A DNA stretch of 64,000 nucleotides from Heptranchias perlo (Eukaryota): contig NC_090348.1 of NCBI RefSeq assembly GCF_035084215.1, forward strand, positions 17,794,001-17,858,000, given 5' to 3'. The notes beneath the pieces were generated by a model. That model saw only the letters and a program-made list of their open reading frames with translations, did no database searches and had not been told where the DNA came from. Shown here piece after piece: positions 12,290 to 24,651 of this stretch. Within the stretch, counting starts at the first letter, position 1; the number at the start of each line of letters is the position of its first letter. Both the position numbers and the translations under genes were made by a program.

Positions 12290-14415
12290 ACTATATTTAT
12301 GCATAGTCATGGATCTTGTGGGGTGGTCACCTTTCAGGCAATTACTTGTACAGACAAACAGTGGAAAGTATTTAAAGAAGTATTTGGTACGATACAAAAC
12401 CAGTACATATCCCTAAAAGGCAAAGGCTCCACTTGTGTAGTTAAGTAAACCTGGTCAACAAACGAGGTAAGAGACAGTATCAAGCTAAAAGAAAAGGCTT
12501 ATACAATTGCAAGGAAAAGTGGAAATCCAGCAGACTGGAAAAGATATAAAAAGCAATAACAAGATACAAAAAAGGGAACATGATAAAAAACTTGCAAGTG
12601 ATATCAAAGCTAACAGTAAAGGTTTTTATATAAATATTAAGAGAAAGAGATTGGTAAAGGGAAACGTGGGTCCATTAAAGACTGATACAGGTGAGATTAT
12701 AATGGATGATAAGAAAATGGCAGACTTGTTAAATGAGTACATAGTATCCATTTTCACAGTGGAGGAAGAGGACAAAGTGGCATCAGTTCATGAGAACCTA
12801 AAAATAAGTCAAGGGGAGGAATTTAATGGATTTAATTCAAATTTTAAAAAACAGTAATGGAGAAAATCGTAGGAAAGAAATATACACATCTTCAGGACCT
12901 GATGGTTTCCACCCCAGGGTATTAAGAGGAATATGTGAGAAAATTGCAGATGCATTAGTCATAATTTTCCAAAGCTCTCTAGAATTGTGCCTTTGGATTG
13001 GAAGATTGCAAATGTAACTCCATTATTTAAGAAGGGGCGGAGGGAGAAACCAGGTAACTACAGACCTGTCAGTTTACCGTCAATTGTGGGGAAATAATGG
13101 AATTTATCATCAAATGCAGTGTGACTGAACGCTTGGACAATCATCAGCGTCAACATGGATTTGTGAAGGGTAGGTTATGTCTGACTAATTGAGGTTGCCA
13201 GCATGGTAGCTATGGGAGTGTCTATGGCTGTTCTCCATATTGGCTTCCAGAAGGCATCCAATAAAGTTTCTCCACAGGAGGTTATTAGCAAAAACGAGAA
13301 CACATGGAATTGGAGGTAACCTTGTGACATGGGTTGGTAATTGCTTGGGAGGTATGAGACAGAGAATAGGGATAAGGGGTTTGTTCACTTGTCACATCCT
13401 GCCAATCAGAGGTGTTCTCCAGGGATCTGTACTGGGGCCTCGTCTTTTTGCCATATATATTAATGACTTGGATGAAGGAATATAGAGCAGGTGTATCCAA
13501 GTTTGCACATGATACTAAGTTAGGAGGGACAGTAAGTTGTGTAGATGGGAATAGGAAGTTTCAAAGTGACATAGACAGACTAAGTGATTGGGCAAACCTA
13601 TGGCAGATGGAGTTCTTTGTGGGGAAGTGTGGTTATCCACTTTGATCTGAGAAAGACAGATCAGAATATTTTCTTAATGGTGAGAGACTAAGAGCTGTGG
13701 AAGAGCCCAGTGATTCAGGTGTCCATGTACACACATCACTAAAAGCTAGTGCACAAGTACAAAATGTAATCAAAAAGGCTAATGGAATGTTGGCCTTTAT
13801 CTCAAGCGGGCTGGAATTCAAAAGTGGGGAAGTTATGCTTCAGTTGGACAGAGCCTTGGTCAGAACCCATCTGGAGTACTGCGTTCAGTTTTGTTCACCG
13901 AACCTCAGGAAGGATATATTGGCCTTTAAAAGGATACAGCACAGATTCACCAGAATAATACCTGGGCTTAAAGGGCTAACTTATGAGGACAGGTTGCAAC
14001 TTGGCTTCTATTCCATTGAGTTCAGAAGGTTGAACGGTGATCTAATTGAGGTATTTAAAATAATTAAGGGATTTGATAGGGTGGATACAGAGAAACTATT
14101 TCCTCTGGTGGGGAAATCCAGAACAAGAGGGCATAATCTTAAAATTAGAGCTTGACCATTCAGGAGTGAAATCAGGGAGCACCTTTTCACACAAAGGGTA
14201 GTGGAAACCGAGAACTCGCTCCCTCAAAAAACTGGATGCTGGGTCAATTTGAAATTTTCAAGACTGAGATTGATGGACTTTTGATAGGGAAGACTATTAA
14301 GGGACATGGAACAAAGGTGGGTAAAGGGAGTTGAGGGACAGATCAGCCATGATCTAATTGAATGGCAGAACAGGCTTGAGGGGCTGAATGGCTTACTCCT
14401 GTTCCTATGTTCCTA
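12290..14415 (+). mobile_element. Degenerate CR1 LINE
   Basis: Frameshifted ORF2 pieces (GPDGFHPRVL, GVLQGSVLGP, FAHDTKLGG, HLEYCVQF, TRGHNLKI); tail gttcctatgttccta. Confidence 0.93.
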
Positions 14416-14989
14416 AGCCTTCTCCTGTGTATGGGAAGTTAAAGCCCATTTCAGGGATGCCTACGTTTCCTTGCCCGCTTGTGATCACACTGGAGGCGTG
14501 TAGTTATCAAACTATATGAAGCACTTGCTGGAATGTGGGAGAGGTAAAAGATATGTAGATCTTGAGTTTGTTTTCTCAGGGGTGACACAGAGGTCGTTTC
14601 ACTTGAATTTATTTGAGTATATGCTGTGAGGGGGCCACATAGTATTAAAGGCCAATATTTTATGGTTGACATTAAGGAAGGATACAGGGACCAATGTGAT
14701 GGATTCTGGGGCACTGAAATATATCGGAAATTCAATAGTAGTGGCATAAGTTTGTGTACAAAGTTTTGCAGAGAATTAATTTGAGTCCTGGAGCTTGGCC
14801 AGATTGCAGCTTTTCCTGACTGCCGTCTTTATTTTGCAACCTGAGTTTGGGAGTCCAGAGAGCCTGGGATTGGCTGGCAAAGTGTATTGTCAGACCACTT
14901 GTCCGACATCCAGTCTTGGACGAGTCACAATTTCCATTGGGGAGGCTCCCACAGCAAACTCCATAACCTTGCCACTTCTCAGGCTGATT

Positions 14990-15300
14990 GTAACCTTGAC
15001 ATCCTTATCGACCCCGAGCTATGCTTCCGGCCCCATAGGGCACCAGGAGCCAATGAAGGTCAGTGAGGACAGGAATGATGGGCAAGTAGAATAAGATACA
15101 AGCAGCAGAGTTTTGGATGAGCTGAAGTTTATGGAGTTTAGAAGATGTGAGACTAGCTAGGAAAGCATCGGAGTAGTTGCGTCTAGAGATCACAAAGGCA
15201 TGGATGAGGTTTGAACAGATGGGCTGAGGTAGGGGTAGAGGCGGGTGATGTTAGAGATGGAAGTAGGCAGCCTTTCCAATGGAGAGGATATAGGGTTTGA
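14990..15300 (-). mobile_element. L2-like LINE fragment
   Basis: Minus frame LHKLQLIQNSAACIL...IIPVLTDLHWLLV, typical of an L2 ORF2 C-terminus. Confidence 0.75.
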
Positions 15301-15319
15301 AGCTTTTGGAATATTGCAT

Positions 15320-16162
15320 GCAGTTCACTTCCATTTGCAACCCCTCAGATAATGAAGCAGTCCGTGCCCACATGCAGCAAGACCTGGACAATATCCAGGC
15401 TTGGGCTGATAAGTGGCAAGTAACATTTGTGCCAGGCAATGACCATCTCCAACAAGAGAGAGTCTAACCACCTCCCCTTGACATTCAATGGCATTACCAT
15501 CGCCGAATCCCCCACCATCAACATTCTGGGGGTCACCATTGACCAGAAACTTAACTGGACCAGCCACATAAATACTGTGGCTACAAGAGCAGGTCAGAGG
15601 CTGGGTATTCTGCGGTGAGTGACTCAACACCTGACTCCCCAAAGCCTTTCCACCATCTACAAGCCACAAGTCAGGAGTGTGATGGAATACTCTCCACTTG
15701 CCTGGATGAGTGCAGCTCCAACATCACTCAAGAAGCTCAACACCATCCAGGACAAAGCAGCCCGCTTGATTGGCACTCCATCCACCACCCTAAACATTCA
15801 CTCCCTTCACCACTGGCACACCGTGGCTGCAGTGTGTACCATCCACAGGATGCACTGCAGCAATTTGCCAAGGCTTCTTCGACAGCACCTCACAAATCCG
15901 CAACCTCTACCACCTAGAAGGACAAGGGCAGCAGGCACATGGGAACAACACCACCTTGGAAATATATCGCCGTTCCTTCATCGTTGCTGAGTCAAAATCC
16001 TAGAATTCCCTACCTAACAGCACTGTGGGAGAACCTTCACCACACGGATTGCAGCGATTCAAGAAGGCGGCTCACCACCATCTTCTCAAGGGCAATTAGG
16101 GATGGGCAATGAATGCTGACCTTGCCAGCGACGCCCACATCCCATGAACGAATAAAAAAAAA
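15320..16162 (+). mobile_element. LINE family B (CR1/L2 group, poly(A)-tailed), 5'-truncated
   Basis: QQDLDNIQAW...ILGVTIDQKLNWTSHI...MEYSPLAW; ends cccatgaacgaataaaaaaaa; homologous to three other copies in the window. Confidence 0.93.
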
Positions 16163-16229
16163 AGTTCGCACACCTGCTTATGGGAATGATATTAAAGCCA
16201 AAGAGCACAATGGAAATTCTGTAGAATAA

Positions 16230-16660
16230 TACTAGGAATAAGAGGTTATAGTTAGGAACAAAGTTTGAAAAATTGGGCCTTCAACAGAGAAGATTAAGGG
16301 GACATCTAATATTTTTCAAAATGGTGAAAGACCTCAAGAGAGAGTAAGTAGTGAAAGATTATTTCCACTGGTTAGTGAATTGGTAGCAAAGGGGTATAGA
16401 TTCAGGATTCTGTTGGAAGAGTGAAGAGGAAAGTTTTTTAAAAATGACAGGAGTATCAAGAGTACAGAATGCTGTACCATAAGTGGCTGTGAAGGTAGGG
16501 ACTGTAACATTTAAAAGGGAGTTGAAAAAATATTTGAAAAGGAAGAATATAAAAAGATACAGTGAAAGAATAGGAAAATAGGATTAGAGTCGAAAGCTTC
16601 AGTTGAAGAGCTAGCACAAGCACAATGAGGCGAATCGTCTCCTGTGTTATGATTCAAGGG
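16230..16660 (+). mobile_element. Old CR1 3' fragment
   Basis: Degenerate match to the CR1 ORF2 end (agaagattaaggggac, ttatttccactggt) and 3' tail. Confidence 0.6.
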
Positions 16661-16918
16661 CTTCATGAAGTACTGGAGGACAACTCTACAGATAGAGTTG
16701 TGCCCCAGTATTAGTTACCACCCTCTGAGGAGGAAATGAGAAAATAAATGGAGAATGACGATTCTAATGATGCAGGGATTGAGTGAGATTCTCAGTTATC
16801 ACTAGAAATGTTGAATCACCTTGGTAGTAATCCAACAATGTTACTAATTAGCTTTACTAATGAGATAAATACAACCTGTAGGTAAAAGCTGATTAAACTG
16901 TTTATTACTGTTTTGCAG

Positions 16919-17050
16919 GTAATAACTTCCTTGTATCTGTACAAAGTGGCCTGAGCAATGACAAGGGACTAGAAGTACTAGCTCGTTTTGTTAACCTGGA
17001 AGTGTCCATTCTGCCAGAACAAGCACACAGCATAGTACAGGAATGCAAAG
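16919..17050 (+). CDS. APAF1: APAF1 coding exon (end of NBD, HD1)
   Basis: Acceptor ttttgcag, donor gtaagt; 132 bp, phase 1-1; GNNFLVSVQSGLSNDKGLEVLARFVNLEVSILPEQAHSIVQECK. Confidence 0.95.
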
Positions 17051-17132
17051 GTAAGTCTTGTTTTGGACTACAGACATGTATAAAAAATCCCAGATTGCTT
17101 TACAGATGTGAAACAAGCACCAAGCAGAATTA

Positions 17133-18792
17133 GAACATAAGAACATAAGAAATAGGAGCAGGGGGAGGCCATAGGGCCCCTCGAGCCTGCTCTGCCATTT
17201 AATAAGATCACAGCTGATCTTGTACCTCAACTCCACTTACCCGCCCTATCCCCATATCTTTTGATTCCCTTAGTGTCCAAATATCCATCGATCTTAGTCT
17301 TGAATATACTCAACGACTGGACAACCACATCCCTCTGGGGTAGAGAACTCCAAAAATTCACAACCCTCTGAGTGAAGAAATTTTGACTCATCTCGGTCCT
17401 AAATGGCTGACCCCTTATCTTGAGACTATGACCCCTAGTTCTAGACTCTCCAGCCAGGGGAAACAGCCTCTCAGCATCTACCCTGTCAAGCCCTCTAAGA
17501 ATTTTACATGTTTCAATGAGATCACCTTTCATTCTTCTAAACTCCAGAGAATATTGGCCCATTTGATGCAATCTCTTCACAGGACAACCCTCTCATCCCA
17601 GGAATCAATCTAGTGAACTTCATTTTATCCCCTCTAAGGCAAGTATATCCTTCCTTAGGTAAAGAGACCAAAACTGTACACAGTTCTCCAGGCGTGGTGT
17701 CACCAGAGCCCTATATAATTGCAGCAAGACCTCCTTACTCTTGGTTTTTTTTATTCGTTCATGGGATGTGGGCGTCGCTGGCGAGGCCTGCATTTATTGC
17801 CCATCCCTAATTGCCCTTGAGAAGGTGGTGGTGAGCCGCCTTCTTGAACCGCTGCAATCCGTGTGGTGAAGGTTCTCCCACAGTGCTATTAGGAAGAGAG
17901 TTCCCGGATTTTGACCCAGTGACGATGAAGGAACGGCGATATATTTCCAAGTCGGGATGGCGTGTGACTTGGAGGGGAACGTGCAGGTGGTGTTGTTCCC
18001 ATGTACATGCTGCCCTTGTCCTTCTAGGTGGTAGAGGTCGCGGGTTTGGGAGGTGCTGTCGAAGAAGCCTTGGCGAGTTGCTGCAGTGCATCCTGTGGAT
18101 GGTGCACACTGCAGCCACTGTGCGCCGGTGGTGAAGGGAGTGAATGTTTAGGGTGGTGGATGGGATGCCAATCAAGTGGGCTGCTTTGTCCTGGATGGTG
18201 TTGAGCTTCTTGAGTGTTGTTGGAGCTGCACTCATCCAGGCAAGTGGAGAGTATTCCATCACACTCCTGACTTGTGCCTTGTGGATGGTGGAAAGGCTTT
18301 GGGGAGTCAGGAGGTGAGTCACTCCAACTCCAACTCCCTTGCAATAAAGGCTAATATATCATTTGTCTTCCTAATTGCTTGCTGTACCTGCATGTTAACT
18401 TTCTATGATTCATGTACAAGGACCCCATCCCCCTGACTACCAACATTTCTTAGTTTCTCACCTTTTAAAAAATACTCTGCGCTTCTATTCTTTCTACCAA
18501 AATGGATAATTTCACATTTCCCCACATTATACTCATCTGCCACCTTCTCGCCCACTCACTTAACCTGTCTATATCCCTTTGCAGTCTCTTTGTGTCCTTC
18601 TCACAGCTTATTTTCCCACCTAGCTTTGTATTGTCAGCAAACTTGGATATATTACATTCTGTCCCCTCATCTAAGTCATTGATATATCTTGTAAATAGCT
18701 GAGGCCCAAGCACTTATCCGTGTGGCGCCCCACTAGTTACAACCCGAAAATGACCCGTTTATTCCTACTCTGTTTTCTATCCGTTAACCAAT
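17133..18792 (-). mobile_element. CR1 LINE fragment interrupted by a family-B LINE
   Basis: (aagaacat)n tail at ~17133; ORF2 pieces at 17227-17580 and 18465-18713 continue across the insert. Confidence 0.92.
17745..18322 (-). mobile_element. LINE family B 3' portion nested in CR1
   Basis: Poly(T) plus attcgttcatgggatg terminus; open frame 17807-18322 ending HHHLLKGN. Confidence 0.93.
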
Positions 18793-19429
18793 GTGGGGAG
18801 AAATGACTGAAACTATGGTCAAAAAGATAGATTGTACCTGAGACTTTTATACTGAGTGGTCAAAAGGGGAAAATTGGTTGCATTTCTGCACTTGATTCTA
18901 GTAATTATTTTGGCATGTAGCTGCAGTAGTTATTCCTGCCACAGAATGGCAGTATAATAAAATGAAATTTCAGTATTGAAATACACTGTATATTAGTATA
19001 GCTGAACCTGATTCCAGCCACTTGGGACTTTGTAGAATTGTAATATGCTTACTTTCTGCATACTTACGTATCTGGAATTCAGTGCAATATATAGGACAAC
19101 ATGTAAGCTATGGTGTGTCACAAGGCAGGAGGAACACCTCGAGGGTTTAGATAGTTTAAATCATTCATAAGATGATACATCTTTGAAATGCATGCCAAAT
19201 GTGTTGCTTTTAATATATACATATGCGATTGTTGGTTTTATTCCAATTTTGGCAAAACTTTTTGCCAGTTGCAGGTATGATGGATAAGTTCTGAGATGGA
19301 ATGACCTAATTTGAACTGCATGATTTGAACTCTAATATCACTGCATTTTGCAGGGAAATATAATTTTATTTATTTTCTTTATGTATACATGCATTTACCT
19401 TTCATTACACTTCAGATGTCACACTTGGC

Positions 19430-19635
19430 TACCCAGAGGGCTGTGGATGCTCAGTGGTTGAGTATATTCAAGACTGAGGTCGATAGATTTTTGGACTCTC
19501 AAGGGAATCGAGGGATATGGGGATCGGGTGGGAAAGTGGAGTTGAGATCGAAGATCAACCATGATCTGATTGAATGGTGGAACAGGCTCGAGGGGCCGAC
19601 TGGCCTACTCCTGCTCCTGTTTCTTATGTTCTTAA
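19430..19635 (+). mobile_element. CR1 3' end
   Basis: ttcaagactgaggtcgatagattttt...cctactcctgctcctgtttcttatgttctta. Confidence 0.85.
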
Positions 19636-20099
19636 TGGCTAATGTCTATTCCTGTGTCATGCTTAAAGAAACAATGGCAGTTATTTGCAAAACTCCCCAG
19701 GATAGCACAATACCAGAGCCACAACTCTGCTGGCTCCCACTTGTCCTTTAAAGCCAGGGTTTAGTCTGAAAATTAACTTTTGAATGTAGTCACCCAGTGT
19801 TACTAAACATTAGTTAGACTTTGTAGCCTTGAGGGGACACATACCTACATTTATGCAGCAGAATAATACATTACGGTTTACATGGTATAATGTTCCTAAT
19901 CTTACAAAATAGTGTACCCTCTAACTCTGAGCAGCTGCAATGGAAATGAACTTGAAATATTATAAAAATACTATGTTTAGCATGCACTTCTTGTCTTTTG
20001 TACACACATTTCTATGTCATAATTAAATAAAGAAACAAATTAATTCTCCAGAAACACACACTACTGGAGTGAATGACTGCAGCTTCTTCATTGACCTCA

Positions 20100-22000
20100 T
20101 TATGAACTTAAGAGCAATTGGACTTTGTGGCCATAAAGGAACACAATCCTTTACTTCAGCGGAAGAATATAATATTATGTTTTACATGGTATTATGTTCT
20201 TGCCCTTACAAAACAATGCATTGTCTGTCTTTACTCTGACCAGTACTATGGGAGATTTTCTAGTTATGTAAAAACTATACTTCTGGCAGACATTTCCTGT
20301 CTGTCACACTTTGAAGTGTTAAACTCAAATTTCCATGTTACACTTCAAAAGAATTATAAAGAAAGAAAGTAATCATTAGACATAGGAGCACAAATGTCTG
20401 TAACTTATGAGTGATCTTAGCAGAAGTACATTTTATTTAAAAGAGAGAGAGTTCAAGCCAGGGTTGTGCTGCCTGAAAAGCACTTGTACTCTGACCTAAC
20501 CCACTGTTTACGTAACAATAATTAAGCAGCAGAATAATTCATTCATACACATTCAAACAGCATATGCTCCGACTCACCATGAGCAAAGCCACAGGAGTTC
20601 AATTAGTGTGTATGTATGCACATCCACCATAGTCAATTAAAAGTTTTGTGTATTGCATGCACTTCCTGTACACATCCTCTGTTGTGATTTTTAACACTTC
20701 ATTCCTTCATGCTTATCTGTCACCCCTAGATGTCGCACCTTTTTCTCACACTATAAATCACTTTCCAATATTTTTTACAACTTAACTAATTTCTTATTGG
20801 CTCATTCTCCCCATGAGACCAACTCTCTTTAGTCTTCCTACATCCAACTTCCAACTCCATTAAGAGGTGACAAAATTTTTGTTTGTCATTTCTTCCTCAA
20901 TAACTTCAAATTTTCTAATGTCCAAAATAAAGTTTTCAATAGGTGAGCACCTTCATCATTGTGCCAGGTGCTGTGCTATTGCATACATGTGCTGATAGAT
21001 GTATATCCAGTGTGACTGCTGATTTACTTATTTAGTCTCTCATGTTGATGTCAAATATTATGATTTTCTTCCTCAGACTTTCCATAAAAGCCTTGCGATT
21101 GTTTGGTACATTTCTGCACTTTTACTCTAACTACAGCCGTAACCCAATATTTGAATTTCTGTTCTTGTCAAGGTGCCCTTGGTGGAAATGTCCAAACTCA
21201 TTTTATGTAGGACCTTTACAATTAGAAGGAGGTAGTTTTCATCCTGTTAGTTGGGCACAGTCATAACACTTCTTAATTCTCCCTCCTGAACAAATAAACC
21301 ATTGCTTCCTCATATGGACTGAGTTCCTTTAAGTCTGGCAATCAGTTCTTCCTTTAAACATAGGAGCAGTAGGAATTGAAACATGGGATTGGTTCCATGT
21401 TAATTCCTTTTTGCACTACATTTTCTCTCCCACTTTAGCAAGTATAAATTAATTTGCATTTTTTGAGTTCAGGCCTGAGGGCTGCAAGGACAATGTGAGA
21501 ACTCACCTAACCCCTAACTGTGAGCCTTCTAGGAGATAATCATTCCTATTTTCACTTAAAAAGGAGGAAAAACATGTTCACCAATGTCAATGAACTGCTA
21601 ACAAAATCATGGGACATATGACTTTCAACCATGTGATTTGTGAGTGCCACTTTGCCAACAGCAACAAAAATAGCCCATCGACACAATTCTACAATATTGT
21701 TTCTTTAACACTTCACTAACAGCTAATGAACCAATTACTACTATAAAATTGAAGTTTGACAACCCAGCTGTGGAATGTGCAGTTGTAGAAGAAAAGTCTG
21801 AACCCCAGAAAAAGCTAATTTACCATCTAGGCCATGTAAATGTTGGTAACCCCTATAATGGAGTATGCAAGCACATTTTTAGTGTGGGCAGCCAGCACCC
21901 TAGCATGCAAATAAACGGTAAAACACAAGAATACATGATGCATAGAGATAATGCTATTTCAGTCATTGATGGAACTGGCGGGAAGTCCAGAAGAAATTAC
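20100..22000 (-). pseudogene. Possible ancient P-element/THAP9-like transposase fossil
   Basis: Broken minus-strand frames give AHTKNVLAYSIIG, VDGLF, HNDEGAHLLKT and CD-x-RG in an order resembling P-like RNase H transposases; many stops and frameshifts. Confidence 0.35.
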
Positions 22001-22096
22001 ATGACTTAAAAAGCACAAAAGTAAGATATGGAATTACTATACGATAGCAGCACAGGACATATGTGCACGTGAAGGAAAATTGTAGTTATAAAACAT

Positions 22097-22741
22097 GGCG
22101 TAGAGATTCCGCTAGATTGTGCTGGTTTTATCAGCACGATCTGGTCGAATCAGCGCAAAGATCGAGGAATTTCAATGTATGCTGGGCCCCGAACGAAATA
22201 ACGAGGATGGCACGTTTCCGCTGATTGCGGCCGGTCGAGGAGGGTCTTCAAATTAAACTCATTTTCATAGGCGCACAGGCACTAGTAAGTACATTTAGAA
22301 CATTTTTACATATTAAAAAATATTCAATTTACTAAGAAACTGACTAGTGCACACCAACGAAAGTAGTAAATGGTTCAGTATAGTTGTTTTAAGTCATTTT
22401 CAGTGATTTTAAAATCAAGCTACTCACAGGTGGAGGACTAGACACTCTTATTAAAAATGCTTATTTTTGCGATAAAACCCATTTTCAGCTTTATTAATAA
22501 AACTGCACCAGGTTACCAATCTTAAATACATCTGAAATACATCAATGAATATTTTTTATTGCAAAGAAAACAAAATAAATGGTTATGCTTTGTTAAACTG
22601 TTGGATTGCGCTGATTCATGGAAGATTTTACTTTTGTGATTATGATAATGTATTTTAGTGGAAACTTGAACTGTAACCCAGTTGGCGCAATTTTTGGATG
22701 CAGTTTGTGCCCAATTGCACCCAAAGTGGAAACTCTACCCC
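22097..22741. mobile_element. MITE (Harbinger/Tourist-like)
   Basis: Imperfect TIR ggcgtagagattcc / ggaaactctacccc; 3-bp TSD cat; AT-rich non-coding core. Confidence 0.7.
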
Positions 22742-23098
22742 CATATATCTATATAAAATGCTGTAGTGAGGAAAAGAATTCTTAGCAATGATATAGCCAA
22801 TGAGGTAATAGAAGTGCAAATTAGATAGTGTAAATCAAACTATACTTGCTGTAGACTAGTACAATGAGATTTTAGTCCACCTGCCTCCTAGCCAGTAGTG
22901 ACAGATGTGCTGCTGCTTCTTGCTAACATGTATGCGCAGGGTACATAGCAATGGATAGCTTCAGGCACCTCCTTAATGGAGCAATAGAGGTCAAAGTGCC
23001 TGGAAGGTCCCTGTGGCACAAAGTTGAGGGCAGTAGTGACCTTTACTGTTACAATTAGGGTAGTGTGGATGGCTCATTTGTTACTTTATGGATCAGGT

Positions 23099-24220
23099 TA
23101 CTTCTTGATGTGATGCTATAGTTGAGAGATGCTGCATAAGTTCATTCATCATCTCAACAAGTTAATTGACCTTTGTGACTCTCTTTTGTTAGCCAGTTTC
23201 ATTCATTTTTTGAGGGGTAGCTATGCCACAGTAGTGATGAATCACCGTTTAGCACTTTGCTTTGACATTCCACCATCTTCTCCTGTGTCTGTCTTTCCAA
23301 TAAGGTGTAGTCTATTTTGTGGAAAGAAAGAACATGCATTTATGTAGTGCCTTTCACAATCACAGTTCAGATAATGAAGTACTTTTGAAGTGTAGTCACT
23401 GTTGTAATGTAGGAAACGCAGTAGCCAAATTGCACACAGCGTGGTCGCAAAAACAGAAATTAAGTAAATGATTAGATCATTCTTATTTTAGTGATGATGG
23501 TTGAGGGATAAATATTGACCAGGACACTGGGAGAACTCCCCTGCTGCTCTTCATTTAGTTCCGTGGAATCTTTTACATCCACCTGAGAGGGTAGACGCAC
23601 CTTGGTTTAACGTCTCTTCCAAATGATGGCACCTCTAACAGTACAGCACTCCCTCAGTACAGCAGTAAACTGTCAGCCTATATTATGAGTTCGAGTCTCT
23701 GGAGTGGGGTTTGAACCTATGAACTTCGATGTACCACTGAGCCAAGACTTGTTAGCCTGAACATCCTCATCCATGCCCAGGCAGCTGACTATGTTGAGGT
23801 GCACCTACCTGGTGTATTTAAAGTTACTCATGCGCCTTCTATGCCCCGTACACTTACTGGCCGTCGCCTTTTTCTCCTGCTCTACTGCGATATACTGACC
23901 CTTAGTCATTGCATCTATGCTCCTGGGCAAGAAACTCCTCCATATTATTCACTTCTGTCACTGTTGTGATATTTGAAATCTTCCCTCTCCACTGACAAAT
24001 GGACTCACCTGGGGTAAAATACTTCTTGATGTGATGCTGTAGTTGAGAGATGCTGCATAAGTTCATTCGTCATCTCAACAAGTTAATTGATGTTTGCGTC
24101 TCTCTTTTGTTAGCCAGTTTTATTCCTTTTTTGATGGGTAACTATGCCACAATTGCGATGAATCACTGTTTAGCACTTTGCTTTGACATTCCACCATCTT
24201 CTCCTATGTCTGTCTTTCTA
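23099..24220 (+). repeat. Local ~200-bp direct duplication (23099-23298 and ~24021-24220)
   Basis: tacttcttgatgtgatgct...ctgtctttc occurs twice, about 90% identical by eye. Confidence 0.9.
23325..23748 (-). mobile_element. tRNA-derived Deu-domain SINE (SacSINE1-like)
   Basis: Deu-type core ggcacctct-acagtacagcactccctcagtac; A/B-box head at the right end; (ttct)n tail. Confidence 0.82.
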
Positions 24221-24651
24221 CAAAGATTAGCAAATTCATGTGTATCAGCCTCTAGCTTCTTACTTTTGGAAGTGAAGGTGACTATTTTTCTCTTAGACAG
24301 CTCATTGTGGAACTGAAATTGACTTTTATTTTCCATAGTTGCACTACTGAGAACACAAGAGAAAATTTCCTGTCCCAAGTAATGCATCATTTTACTGCTT
24401 GCTCATACTTCACTTGCTTTAAATGGAAACTCTGTTCTGGGTGAATTGTAAAAGTGCTTTGCTAACAGTATAAAATCATGGAGCTAACTTCGATTTATTA
24501 TTCACATTTGCTCATTTCAATCATTGGCCTGCTGCCCGTTCCAGTAAATTTTGAGCTCCCTGGACTTGCTAGTTTTAAGGTTTCAGTTTGTGAAACCATG
24601 ATGCTCAAAATTCACCTATTAAAGCCACTCAAATGACATCAAGGCAGCATT

